Shown here: piece by piece, positions 37,559-45,584 of the stretch | Layout of the letters: the number at the start of each line of letters is the position of its first letter | Position numbering within the stretch: position 1 is the first letter of the stretch | IMG/VR virus record: IMGVR_UViG_3300049202_000001 | DNA from: a virus | DNA length: 64,000 nucleotides | Direction: 5' to 3' (one strand) | The notes under the pieces: model-generated | The model's input: the letters and a program-made list of their open reading frames with translations, nothing else | What the model was told of the DNA's origin: nothing | Database searches by the model: none | Translations under genes and position numbers: made by a program

Positions 37559-37788
37559 TTAAGCCATCCAAGTTCTTCGGCTTTACGGAGAGCCTTACGA
37601 AGATTTTCCGCGTGCTCTTTGCTATGTACCACTACGTATTCGTTTCCGTCGTGAATTTTTACGCCGTTAAGTGCTCCACAGTAGCGTTCAAGCTTATAAG
37701 CTACCTGTGTGGAAGATACGTTTTCTTCTTCAAACGTGATGGCAAAAATGTCAACAGCAGCTTCTTTACGTATGTCAATTGTGCTCAT
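37555..37788 (-). CDS. Hypothetical protein
   Basis: 77-aa ORF with an RBS. Confidence 0.5.
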   Translation of the reverse strand: MSTIDIRKEAAVDIFAITFEEENVSSTQVAYKLERYCGALNGVKIHDGNEYVVVHSKEHAENLRKALRKAEELGWLK

Positions 37789-37817
37789 ACCTATTCTCCT
37801 TAAGTTGGTTATGCTGC

Positions 37818-38687
37818 TTACAGTGGCATTGCTTCCAAAACTGGCACACCTTCAATAACCAAACCAGTGCCAATAATAGGCCGATGTGGGTTGATCTTGT
37901 TGTATGCGAAAGCCATCTTCTTGTCGTTAATCAGACAGCCAATGTTCATACCGTAATACAGACCCTTCGGATTTGCCCAGTATTCAATACCGAATGATTC
38001 ATGAAAGTGTCCACATACGTGGCTCATACTCATCGCCTTGCTCGTCATGATAGCACGTTTGGTTTTGCCGTGGTGAACATAAATATCCGGTACGTCCCAC
38101 TGGCTCATATCCAACGTCAGATCATGATGCCAAGTCCAGCCCGGCCCTACTTCAAGAATCTCGTTGTAGGAACGAATGTAGCGCCTGCTCAGACCGCCAG
38201 ACTTAGCTTTACGCAAGTGCAACGATCCGTGATTAGACTCCACCAGCTCCATCTGTGGGAACATCTTCTCCAGTTCCTTGATGTACGGCAGACTCTTTTC
38301 CAGCTCATCACCAGCACTATGTAGGTCTGGATCATGCTCGTGATAACTTTCTGCGTGCTTGTCCAACTCGTCACCAACGTTAATTACCAACGTAGGTTCG
38401 TAACGCTTCTTGAGTCCCTCAAGGAAGACGAAAGCCTTCTCATGGTGGAACGGAATGTGCAAGTCAGAGATAAACAGGATACGCGTGGTATCCCACTCTT
38501 TCATCTTGTTAGGATGCATTTCAGGATACAACGCATCCACACGAGCTTCAGCCCGTAGTTCATGGTACTTTCGCAAGTAGTCACCAACGGTACTCTTAGG
38601 CTTCTTTAGCATTGCTGCGATGTCGCGTCCACTTACGCCTTTCTCATCTAGCGCAACAGCCAACACCTGCCAGTCTACATTACTCAT
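37818..38687 (-). CDS. Metallophosphoesterase with N-terminal HTH
   Basis: Calcineurin-like motifs ISDLHIPFHH (DxH), VGDELD (GDxxD), SNHG (GNH), GHFH. N-terminal HTH DIAAMLKKPKSTVGDYLRKY. Confidence 0.75.
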   Translation of the reverse strand: MSNVDWQVLAVALDEKGVSGRDIAAMLKKPKSTVGDYLRKYHELRAEARVDALYPEMHPNKMKEWDTTRILFISDLHIPFHHEKAFVFLEGLKKRYEPTLVINVGDELDKHAESYHEHDPDLHSAGDELEKSLPYIKELEKMFPQMELVESNHGSLHLRKAKSGGLSRRYIRSYNEILEVGPGWTWHHDLTLDMSQWDVPDIYVHHGKTKRAIMTSKAMSMSHVCGHFHESFGIEYWANPKGLYYGMNIGCLINDKKMAFAYNKINPHRPIIGTGLVIEGVPVLEAMPL

Positions 38688-38898
38688 GAGCAGCCTTATG
38701 TTTGTAAGCAGCTTGAAGTGCTTTGATTAGATTAGGAATATCTTCGTAGTAGATTTCAATAAAAGTTTCATCACTTTGAGTGACATTCACCCATCCTTCT
38801 TTCATCACTACTTTCTCTTCGTAGCCGTGTTTGTTTTCATAACTATAGCCTTCAATATTTTCGGGCTGAACTTCCCTGTCTACACGTTTAAACATCAT
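38680..38898 (-). CDS. Hypothetical protein
   Basis: 72-aa ORF. Confidence 0.5.
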   Translation of the reverse strand: MMFKRVDREVQPENIEGYSYENKHGYEEKVVMKEGWVNVTQSDETFIEIYYEDIPNLIKALQAAYKHKAAHE

Positions 38899-39431
38899 TG
38901 CTCTCCTTTCAGAATTTTCGTTACAAGCTCTTTTCGCTTGGTAGCGTTACTTACAACAACGCCAGTGTACCCGTGTTGCTCCAAGAAAGCAAGTATTTCT
39001 TTCGTAGGTAGCTTCAGCATTTCCAACACCTCCTTTACCTTCCTCGCTTCTTCGAACGAGATGTTTTGCTCCTCAGCAAGTGTATGAATCTTGTGGCAAG
39101 GAACACACAGTACACGAAGATTGTCCACCTCACAATAGAGATTGTTAGCAAACTCTCCGATGTCAGCTACGGACAGAATGCTACCTGCTGGCTTAGGGTA
39201 GTGGTCAACACAAACTTCTTTCATCTTGAACCATTGCTTACAGATGGCACACTCATGTTCCCACTTCTGAAGCTTGTTCGGGCCTTTGTAAGACCGTCTA
39301 GACCTCTGTAAGGCTTCGTTCCTAGGAGGCCATCTAAGGCTCTTAGAGCGTAAAGCAGAGCGAATCCAAGCCAAATACGCTGCCTCGGTCATTGTACCGC
39401 TACAACGCGTTTTAGAGACTTTACTCTTCAT
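38895..39431 (-). CDS. HNH endonuclease
   Basis: CAIC...VDHYP...NLRVLCVPCHKIHT, a classical HNH zinc-finger nuclease motif. Confidence 0.75.
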   Translation of the reverse strand: MKSKVSKTRCSGTMTEAAYLAWIRSALRSKSLRWPPRNEALQRSRRSYKGPNKLQKWEHECAICKQWFKMKEVCVDHYPKPAGSILSVADIGEFANNLYCEVDNLRVLCVPCHKIHTLAEEQNISFEEARKVKEVLEMLKLPTKEILAFLEQHGYTGVVVSNATKRKELVTKILKGEQ

Positions 39432-40410
39432 ACTTAATCCCCATCTTGTCTAGTACCTTCCTGACATTAAATTCATCTCCTTCCCACCTACGCATAAAAG
39501 CAGCATGGGCGTAGAGTTGCCAGATGTCCAGCCACGTTTTATTCTCTTGCAGAGCATTATCCCATGCTCGATAGGTGATTGGTTGCGGATACCAAATCTT
39601 ATACTGCTTAACAAGAGCTTCTAGAGCTTCCTTGTCGGTTTTACAATTTTTAAGTAGTTCGTAAGCTCCGATTTCACCAAACTTGACTTTAGCCAGTTCA
39701 CAGGGTTTGTAGGCGTCTACAGGATCACCGAAGACCATTTGGTAGTACAGCCATACACGTCCTTTACCTTTGATACTCTTTTCAATCACCGGCTTACCTG
39801 CTGCTGTCTTACGCGCTGTCTCTTTCTCAATAAGCTCTAGCGCACCAAAGCCTTTAATCATCTCAGGCTTCTCCATCGTGTCCCAGTTGTACAAACGTCC
39901 GGGGCCGTGATTCGCATCCTTGTCAATCGACGCTTGGATGTGTCCTGCTGTCATATAAGCTACCAGTACGTCATCTGCTTCCACGCCTACGCTGGTTTCA
40001 GCAGCATGCGAGTTGAGAAGATAGTTCTTACAATCTTTCAACTGCAATGGACGCATGGTGTCTTTGCGAGAATCCTTGTATCGAGTTGGAAGTGGAAGGT
40101 CAAGACGGAAATTATCGTCTCCGCTCACAACGATGTGGTAGCTCTCCACTTCACACGCCTTCGTAATATTCTGAATCATGTGATTCAAGATATGGAAGGC
40201 ATTCTCAAGTGGGCCAGCCTTCTGTCCCGGCGTCACCTCATAATCGTCTTTTGTGTCACCAGCCCATTCACGAAACTTGGTTAACGTATCGAACTCTACT
40301 ACTTCGGCTGTCTCTTTGTGCACACAGGATACGAAGCGTTTCTCATTTGCTGCTGATGCACGGTAACTGAGAATGTCACCGTCTATGCACACCAATTCAG
40401 GCAGTGCCAT
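39421..40410 (-). CDS. 5'-3' exonuclease, T7 gp6-like (PIN/FEN fold)
   Basis: MALPELVCIDGDIL, EADDV, IDKD and GDPVDAY parallel T7 gp6 MALLDL..MDGDWL, EGDDV, CDKD, GDITDGY. ATG 40410 has an AAGGAG RBS. Confidence 0.7.
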   Translation of the reverse strand: MALPELVCIDGDILSYRASAANEKRFVSCVHKETAEVVEFDTLTKFREWAGDTKDDYEVTPGQKAGPLENAFHILNHMIQNITKACEVESYHIVVSGDDNFRLDLPLPTRYKDSRKDTMRPLQLKDCKNYLLNSHAAETSVGVEADDVLVAYMTAGHIQASIDKDANHGPGRLYNWDTMEKPEMIKGFGALELIEKETARKTAAGKPVIEKSIKGKGRVWLYYQMVFGDPVDAYKPCELAKVKFGEIGAYELLKNCKTDKEALEALVKQYKIWYPQPITYRAWDNALQENKTWLDIWQLYAHAAFMRRWEGDEFNVRKVLDKMGIKYEE

Positions 40411-40606
40411 GAAGCGCTCCTTTCCCTGCACAGGTCATCTCGTAGCCTGCTTCGAATACCTCGCACAGAGACCTGTACATTGTCTCGCTAACAGGGAATG
40501 CTGTACATCCGTACTCTGCGTGTAGTCTTACGTAGTCGTCGTACCCGAAGTCGCGGCTCCACGCAGAACCCTCTGGTGTGCTCCAAATACTGTTAATTCT
40601 GGTCAT
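40397..40606 (-). CDS. Hypothetical protein
   Basis: 69-aa ORF with an RBS. Confidence 0.5.
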   Translation of the reverse strand: MTRINSIWSTPEGSAWSRDFGYDDYVRLHAEYGCTAFPVSETMYRSLCEVFEAGYEMTCAGKGALHGTA

Positions 40607-40620
40607 TCATCTCTCCATGT

Positions 40621-40650
40621 AAAAAGCCCCGCTCCCGTGAAGGAGCGGGG
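40621..40650 (-). terminator. Rho-independent terminator
   Basis: Minus strand: CCCCGCTCC-loop-GGAGCGGGG followed by CTTTTT. Confidence 0.75.
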
Positions 40651-40657
40651 CATATTG

Positions 40658-41074
40658 TCAGGCGTTCAAGCCCTCACCATACTCTGTATGCCATGCTTTG
40701 TGATGCACGGAGCAGAGCCACATAACCGATAACGGTCTGCTATAGTCGGTGTGATGTCCGTGAACGTCAACCGAACCGCACACTTCACATGGCAGCGGTA
40801 CTAGCTTTCCATCTCGGATAGCGTTACCTACAGCTACATGCGCTGCACGCTTCTTAGGGTTCTGTTCTCGGTATCTGTGTTGGTCTTCCAGCGTTTGTCG
40901 ATTACCCCGTTTAACGTCATAGGCTCTGTAGTACTCCACGTTAGACGCTCGATTATCTCTTACGTCTTTCTTGTTGCACTCCTTGCACTTATTTACATGG
41001 CCGTCAGCCATCTTGGAGTGTTTGTAGAACTCTGAAAGTTCTTTGTCCACTCCACATTTAAAACAACGCTTCAT
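40658..41074 (-). CDS. HNH endonuclease (free-standing)
   Basis: N-terminal CxxC...CxxC zinc ribbon. C-terminal CEVCGS...HGHHTDYSRPLSVMWLCSVHHKAWH motif. Confidence 0.75.
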   Translation of the reverse strand: MKRCFKCGVDKELSEFYKHSKMADGHVNKCKECNKKDVRDNRASNVEYYRAYDVKRGNRQTLEDQHRYREQNPKKRAAHVAVGNAIRDGKLVPLPCEVCGSVDVHGHHTDYSRPLSVMWLCSVHHKAWHTEYGEGLNA

Positions 41075-41140
41075 ACTTATCTCTTAATAACGAGCGGGAG
41101 TTTCACCCGCCCGAGGTTTTTATTGTGGTTTGCCTACCAC

Positions 41141-42121
41141 TTAATTAAAAGGTATGTCGTCGTCCATGTCGCTCATGTCAGGAGCAACTGGCTTCTTCGG
41201 AGTTGCAGGTTTGGCTTTTGGCTTAGCTGCTGGCTTGGCAGGTGCGTCTTCTGCTTCATCCTTGTTACCCCCGTTTTCAGCTTCATAAGCTTCAATAGCT
41301 TTTTGCATCGCACTGCCGGCATAGTTATTTGCCAGCTTGATCTTCTTGATGAAGTCACGACGAATCCACTTGATGTCTTCCTTAGTAGCGTTGTCGAAGG
41401 TGATGCACTTCGCTTCAGTTTTCAGAGGACGAACAACAGGCATAGCTTCGATTGGATTACCATCTTCGTCATCTTCACCTGTAGCTACTGGAGCCAGAGG
41501 TTGCATACCTTTTACGTTGACGTTCTTGTAGATGATATCGTTGCCATCTTTGTCTTGCTTGCCAGAGTTGGTTTCTTTCACTTCAACAGTGATGTTGAAA
41601 GCCATGTCCAGCAGTTGCTCGATGTCAGTGTTCTCGGCTACGCCCAGATCATTCAGGCCACAAGCAGTTGCCAGCTTCTTCAGAGTGTTCTGAGGATGGA
41701 ATGTCCATGGCTTACCTTCCAGCAGTTTGCCTTTGGCATCTTTCGGAGGAACCTGACCGAAATTGATACCTTCGATTTCACCTTTGAAGCCTTTGTTCAG
41801 TGGCAGACGGTATGGTTGCTTACCGATGTCACCACCGTAGTCAACGATATTCGATACCAGATCAACAAACACTGCTACTTGGTCTGCTGGCTTTTGAGAC
41901 TTAGCTTCAGCGCCCGGAGTGTCTTCATTTACCAGTTTACCGTCCAATTCGTAGATGTCTTTACGATTTTGGTTGCCCAGATCAACGATCAGGGAAACAC
42001 GTGCAGGACGCACTTGAGTAGCTACACCGCTCTCGCCAGTAGCGAAGGGAACTGGGAAATTGCGAGGTTCGAAATTACCACCGTTACCGCCGCCACCACT
42101 ATTTTTTGCTTTGAATGCCAT
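41141..42121 (-). CDS. Single-stranded DNA-binding protein (T7 gp2.5-like role)
   Basis: Gly-rich N-terminus, acidic C-terminal tail ending DMDDDIPFN (the canonical SSB DDDIPF tip). Located in the replication module. Confidence 0.65.
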   Translation of the reverse strand: MAFKAKNSGGGGNGGNFEPRNFPVPFATGESGVATQVRPARVSLIVDLGNQNRKDIYELDGKLVNEDTPGAEAKSQKPADQVAVFVDLVSNIVDYGGDIGKQPYRLPLNKGFKGEIEGINFGQVPPKDAKGKLLEGKPWTFHPQNTLKKLATACGLNDLGVAENTDIEQLLDMAFNITVEVKETNSGKQDKDGNDIIYKNVNVKGMQPLAPVATGEDDEDGNPIEAMPVVRPLKTEAKCITFDNATKEDIKWIRRDFIKKIKLANNYAGSAMQKAIEAYEAENGGNKDEAEDAPAKPAAKPKAKPATPKKPVAPDMSDMDDDIPFN

Positions 42122-42212
42122 CTTGTTTCCTTATTTAAATTCGTAGCCTTTCGGTCGTACGCCATTGCCGTTTTGTTTTAAGACACTTACGGCATTTCGT
42201 CCATGTAAGACA

Positions 42213-42497
42213 TTAAATCAGATGAAGAAGCCAGCCCACCGTGAGGTAAATAACAAATACACAGAAAGTAATACCATTGTTCAGCAGTACTTCTTTATTT
42301 GTGTTGAGCGATTTACGTTCAATTCGGATATCTGCATTAGCAATGTTCACTAACAGCATCAAAATGATGGCCTGAACAACACTGATGTCATTTACGCCTA
42401 AGCTCGGTGCAGCATGCCAATTGAACAGCAAGGACAGTGTAAGACCTTGGAACAGCGTAATTGCAATACCAAGTACAAGGTTTAGAACTAAAAACAT
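42213..42497 (-). CDS. Membrane protein
   Basis: 94 aa with three hydrophobic helices and RBS GAAGGAGAAATATG directly after the tRNA-like gene. Confidence 0.55.
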   Translation of the reverse strand: MFLVLNLVLGIAITLFQGLTLSLLFNWHAAPSLGVNDISVVQAIILMLLVNIANADIRIERKSLNTNKEVLLNNGITFCVFVIYLTVGWLLHLI

Positions 42498-42515
42498 ATT
42501 TCTCCTTCAATTTAA

Positions 42516-42595
42516 TGGAGCGTCTGGAGGGATTCGAACCCACATTGACTCCGGTTACGATGCTCTGGTGTAGAAGACCAGTTCGGTACAGACGC
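42516..42595 (-). tRNA. tRNA-like gene with UCU (Arg) anticodon loop but no canonical D arm
   Basis: Perfect 7-bp acceptor stem GCGTCTG/CAGACGC. T arm GTGGG-TTCGAAT-CCCTC. Encoded CCA. Hairpin CTGGT-CTTCTAC-ACCAG. Only 7 nt lie between the acceptor stem and the anticodon hairpin, and 21 nt precede the T arm. Confidence 0.5.
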
Positions 42596-42603
42596 GTTGT
42601 GGG

Positions 42604-42762
42604 TTATCGACCTTTAAGTGCTCGGTCTTTGGCGGTCTTGCCCGGACGATTCACTGGGTTCAGTTTTGCTTCTTTCAGCAGACGACGGCAATTCTCGTGA
42701 GTGCGAGGAGCATTGCCCATTGCAACAGATTGTGCGTAGTTCATAAAGTCAGCTCGTTTCAT
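42604..42762 (-). CDS. Small basic protein (52 aa)
   Basis: ATG 42762 with RBS AAAGGAGAAATATG. The track start at 42828 would run through a palindromic hairpin and has no RBS. Confidence 0.45.
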   Translation of the reverse strand: MKRADFMNYAQSVAMGNAPRTHENCRRLLKEAKLNPVNRPGKTAKDRALKGR

Positions 42763-42802
42763 ATTTCTCCTTTGTGTTGGTAAGTGTTTTGAGGATTTCG
42801 AA

Positions 42803-43164
42803 TCCTCATTTAACAGAAGACGATACATAGCACCTTCCTATCAAACATAAAGCCCCATCCTTGGCTATTAAAACTTTTAGTGGAAGATTGAAGAAACGTT
42901 TAGCTACAAGCACCTCGTTAGAGGTGTCAATCTTTAGAAGTTTTAGCTTTAAACTGTGTACCCCTATGGGTCGCCAGTTTCAACCTTTAAACTTTCACGG
43001 ACAATCTTTAAACTACAACCTTCAGATTTTATAAGCGTTCTCACGCATCATAGATTAATAGTCTATTGCTTTCCATAAGCTAGTTGGCTGGCCCGTTTTC
43101 CGTCTTGGGCCATACGACGGGATAGATTCTTGTTTTACTATGTACATCCTCTGTTAAATGAGGA
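42803..43164. repeat. ORF-free island bracketed by 15-bp perfect inverted repeats, with CTTTAAACT iterons
   Basis: TCCTCATTTAACAGA (42803-42817) pairs with TCTGTTAAATGAGGA (43150-43164). CTTTAAACT occurs at 42947, 42985 and 43006. No ORF with an RBS on either strand. Confidence 0.6.
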
Positions 43165-43180
43165 CTCGATTCCTACATGA

Positions 43181-43795
43181 TTAAACCGTTGCTACGTCTA
43201 CCTTAGTAGTGGCATTAGCTTCAGACAGCACGTAGTCCACCTCAACGTTGAACTGTTCCAAATCAGAAGCCATCTTGTCGATTTTTGCTTTCATACCATC
43301 GAACACTAAAACTTCTTGCTTGGTGTTGCGCTCAGCCATCGCACGGAAGACTTCAATTTCTGCGTCAGTGGCCTTCTTGGTTCCAGCAGAAGCAGTTGTA
43401 ACTTGCTGGGCAATCTTTTGGTCAATCTGAGCTTGGATTTGATCCACACGGGCCTTGCCGTTTTGCATTTGAGCACGCAGGGTGTTCAGGAAGGACAGTT
43501 GGAAAACATTGGCAGATTTCTTAGCCAGTGCTTGGTCAATTGTCATCTTAACTCCGGCGATGGTAATTTCGGTGGTAGCATTTGCCTTGTTCCGTGCAGC
43601 TTTCAGTACCGCCAGATTGGTAAGCTGTGCTGCTACCTTATCGAAATTAGCCTGCGACAGGCGCTTACCTTCTTCCACTCCTGCCGAATCGTCCACTGGA
43701 GCGGTATACACGAAGGTTTCTCGTGGAATGTTTTGCAACTTCTCTTCTGCTGCTTTAATCTCCGCAATGATTCGATGTAGCGACATATTTTTCAT
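43181..43795 (-). CDS. Hypothetical coiled-coil protein
   Basis: 204-aa Ala/Gln/Lys-rich ORF with an RBS, preceded by a promoter. Confidence 0.55.
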   Translation of the reverse strand: MKNMSLHRIIAEIKAAEEKLQNIPRETFVYTAPVDDSAGVEEGKRLSQANFDKVAAQLTNLAVLKAARNKANATTEITIAGVKMTIDQALAKKSANVFQLSFLNTLRAQMQNGKARVDQIQAQIDQKIAQQVTTASAGTKKATDAEIEVFRAMAERNTKQEVLVFDGMKAKIDKMASDLEQFNVEVDYVLSEANATTKVDVATV

Positions 43796-43843
43796 AATTG
43801 TTTTCTCCTAAAATTTAAGTTGGTTGGTACTCTTAGAAACGCT

Positions 43844-43872
43844 ATATTACACTAAGTAGTATTACTTGTCAA
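43844..43872 (-). promoter_or_regulatory. Sigma70-type promoter
   Basis: Minus strand: TTGACA, 17-nt spacer ending TTAGTG, TAATAT. Confidence 0.6.
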
Positions 43873-44134
43873 GCGTTGGAACATACACAGTGTTGTAGGT
43901 CTCAAAGCTGCCATCAATGTTCACCTTAACTACAGGCGTGGTGAACGTGATACGTCCGTTGAGATATACAGCAGGATGATCTACAGGTAGGACAGCGATA
44001 CTATGTCCAATCTTATAGTTTTCACCTTTCACCGGCGTGAAGTGTACCACCGGCTTAGGATTTGTACGTTCTGCTTGCTGCTTGGCGATGTAGGCAAAAT
44101 AGTCTGCCTTACACGCAAATTTACTCATACTCAT
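43862..44134 (-). CDS. Hypothetical protein
   Basis: 90-aa ORF with an RBS. Confidence 0.5.
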   Translation of the reverse strand: MSMSKFACKADYFAYIAKQQAERTNPKPVVHFTPVKGENYKIGHSIAVLPVDHPAVYLNGRITFTTPVVKVNIDGSFETYNTVYVPTLDK

Positions 44135-44146
44135 GATTAGCTCCTT

Positions 44147-44536
44147 TTAAAGAATGTCGAACTCCCTTCCAATTGAAGCTTCCAGTCGTTCGTAAAATTT
44201 AGTTTGTGCTACTAACTCTCGTGCATTATACCTGCTGTATCCGTTGTTGTAAAGCCAGTTAAGCAGTCTTACAGCATTTATTTTATACGTATTGCTACGT
44301 ACAGTTTTTTCTACTAGGTGCCCCTTGGGGAACCCTTCCCTAAACTTTACGAAGTAGGGGAAGTCTATCAGGACATACTCTGGGCCATCAGACCTCCCTT
44401 GCATAGCAAGGGAGCTGTTTCTGTTTCGCATCACTACTTCGCTAGCAGCGACTACCATCCGTTGGTAGTCGCTCTTTCGTGCTGGCCGAGTAGCTTTAAG
44501 CATTTCTCTCGTCGGCCTGTGTCTCATCGAGTCCAA
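44147..44536 (-). CDS. Hypothetical basic protein
   Basis: 129-aa ORF. Start uncertain. Confidence 0.5.
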   Translation of the reverse strand: MDSMRHRPTREMLKATRPARKSDYQRMVVAASEVVMRNRNSSLAMQGRSDGPEYVLIDFPYFVKFREGFPKGHLVEKTVRSNTYKINAVRLLNWLYNNGYSRYNARELVAQTKFYERLEASIGREFDIL

Positions 44537-44730
44537 ATTTCACAGATGCCTACCATCAAGAAAATCGCAACGGAAACAGTAGACATGCAAAGCCCACCGA
44601 TCATTGTTTTGTGAGACATATGCGAAGTTCTAAAATCGAAGAGCAAGGCGTTCGCAAGCATGCTAATAAGGGCCAGTGGAAGTCCGCTCAGTAGTAAAGT
44701 ACCGCTGACCTTCATAAGGAACTCTACCAT
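44524..44730 (-). CDS. Small two-TM membrane protein (possible SPFH partner)
   Basis: 68 aa with two hydrophobic helices. Starts 2 nt after the SPFH gene stop. Confidence 0.5.
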   Translation of the reverse strand: MVEFLMKVSGTLLLSGLPLALISMLANALLFDFRTSHMSHKTMIGGLCMSTVSVAIFLMVGICEIWTR

Positions 44731-44731
44731 A

Positions 44732-45523
44732 TTATTTCCCTGCGTTCACGATACCTTTGAAGTCGTAAGGAACGACGATGGTCTGAACCTTACCTTCCGC
44801 GATGCCTTCAGCAATCTTCATTTGAGCCTGAGCATTCATGTAGCTGATGGCACCTGCATTGGCGTTCAGGGCAGCGATACGTTCAGCTTCTTTCTTCGCA
44901 GTGCTCACTTGTACTTCTTTAGCTGCCAGCTCGGCTTTAGCCTGTACCAGTTGGTTAGCAGCATTGCTTACAGCAGCAGATGGAGCAATACTCTTCACTT
45001 GCACTTGAGATACGAGCAGGGAACCATCCAGCTTCTCACCTTTCAAAGTTTCCCTGATTTGGTCAAGAAGTTTCGCTTCAATTTCGGTACGAGAATCATT
45101 CATCTGAAGCGAAGGGTACTCCCGTGCCACTTTAAATACAGCATTACGTACAGTGGTTTGAAGGTACGAGTGCATCAGATAAGTAGTACCATCATCTGCC
45201 GAAGCGTGGAAGCTGTGGCTCTTATTGGTGTACAGATCAGAGACGCTGCTAGGGCTGATGTTGTACACCACCGTTACATCGAAGTCGGACATGGTGCTGT
45301 TGTCCGCTGCCAGTGGACTCAGGTTTTGTACGTCTACAGAAATCTCTCGTACTGGAAACTTCAGGATGTCACCTACAATCGTTTGATTGAAGGAACCAGC
45401 TACACGTTCCGTAGCTTCTACAGTTTTATCGAAGTTAACACGAAGGCCAACCTCGCCGGTGTTGATGCGGGTACAGCCGGTGAAAGCGATGGCAAATGCC
45501 AGTGCTGCAAAAATTTTCTTCAT
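44732..45523 (-). CDS. SPFH/Band 7 (prohibitin-like) lipoprotein
   Basis: Signal peptide MKKIFAALAFAIAFTGC with a lipobox-like Cys, an SPFH-like beta/alpha core, then an Ala-rich coiled coil. Confidence 0.6.
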   Translation of the reverse strand: MKKIFAALAFAIAFTGCTRINTGEVGLRVNFDKTVEATERVAGSFNQTIVGDILKFPVREISVDVQNLSPLAADNSTMSDFDVTVVYNISPSSVSDLYTNKSHSFHASADDGTTYLMHSYLQTTVRNAVFKVAREYPSLQMNDSRTEIEAKLLDQIRETLKGEKLDGSLLVSQVQVKSIAPSAAVSNAANQLVQAKAELAAKEVQVSTAKKEAERIAALNANAGAISYMNAQAQMKIAEGIAEGKVQTIVVPYDFKGIVNAGK

Positions 45524-45555
45524 TTATTTCTCCTTATGTTGGTTAGTGAGGTAGT

Positions 45556-45584
45556 ATTATCTACCTTTTTCGTCGTAGTGTCAA
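45556..45584 (-). promoter_or_regulatory. Sigma70-type promoter
   Basis: Minus strand: TTGACA, 17-nt spacer, GATAAT. Confidence 0.55.

Noticed and set aside
41089-41119. Hairpin CGAGCGGG-AGTTTCA-CCCGCCCG between the SSB and HNH genes, considered as a terminator.
   Set aside because: On the transcribed (minus) strand it is followed only by TCGTTATT, and the clear T-run is on the non-transcribed strand. The evidence is too weak to call.
42516-42595. The tRNA-like sequence as a phage attP core (a copy of the 3' end of a host tRNA used for integration).
   Set aside because: Both strands of the acceptor stem and an anticodon hairpin are present, not just a 3' fragment. No integrase, recombinase, excisionase or repressor-like gene is present in the 64 kb.
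42604-42828. The 74-aa track ORF starting at 42828.
   Set aside because: The N-terminal 22 codons run through the palindromic T-arm-like hairpin and lack an RBS. An internal ATG at 42762 has a perfect AAAGGAGAAATATG context, so only 42604-42762 is reported.
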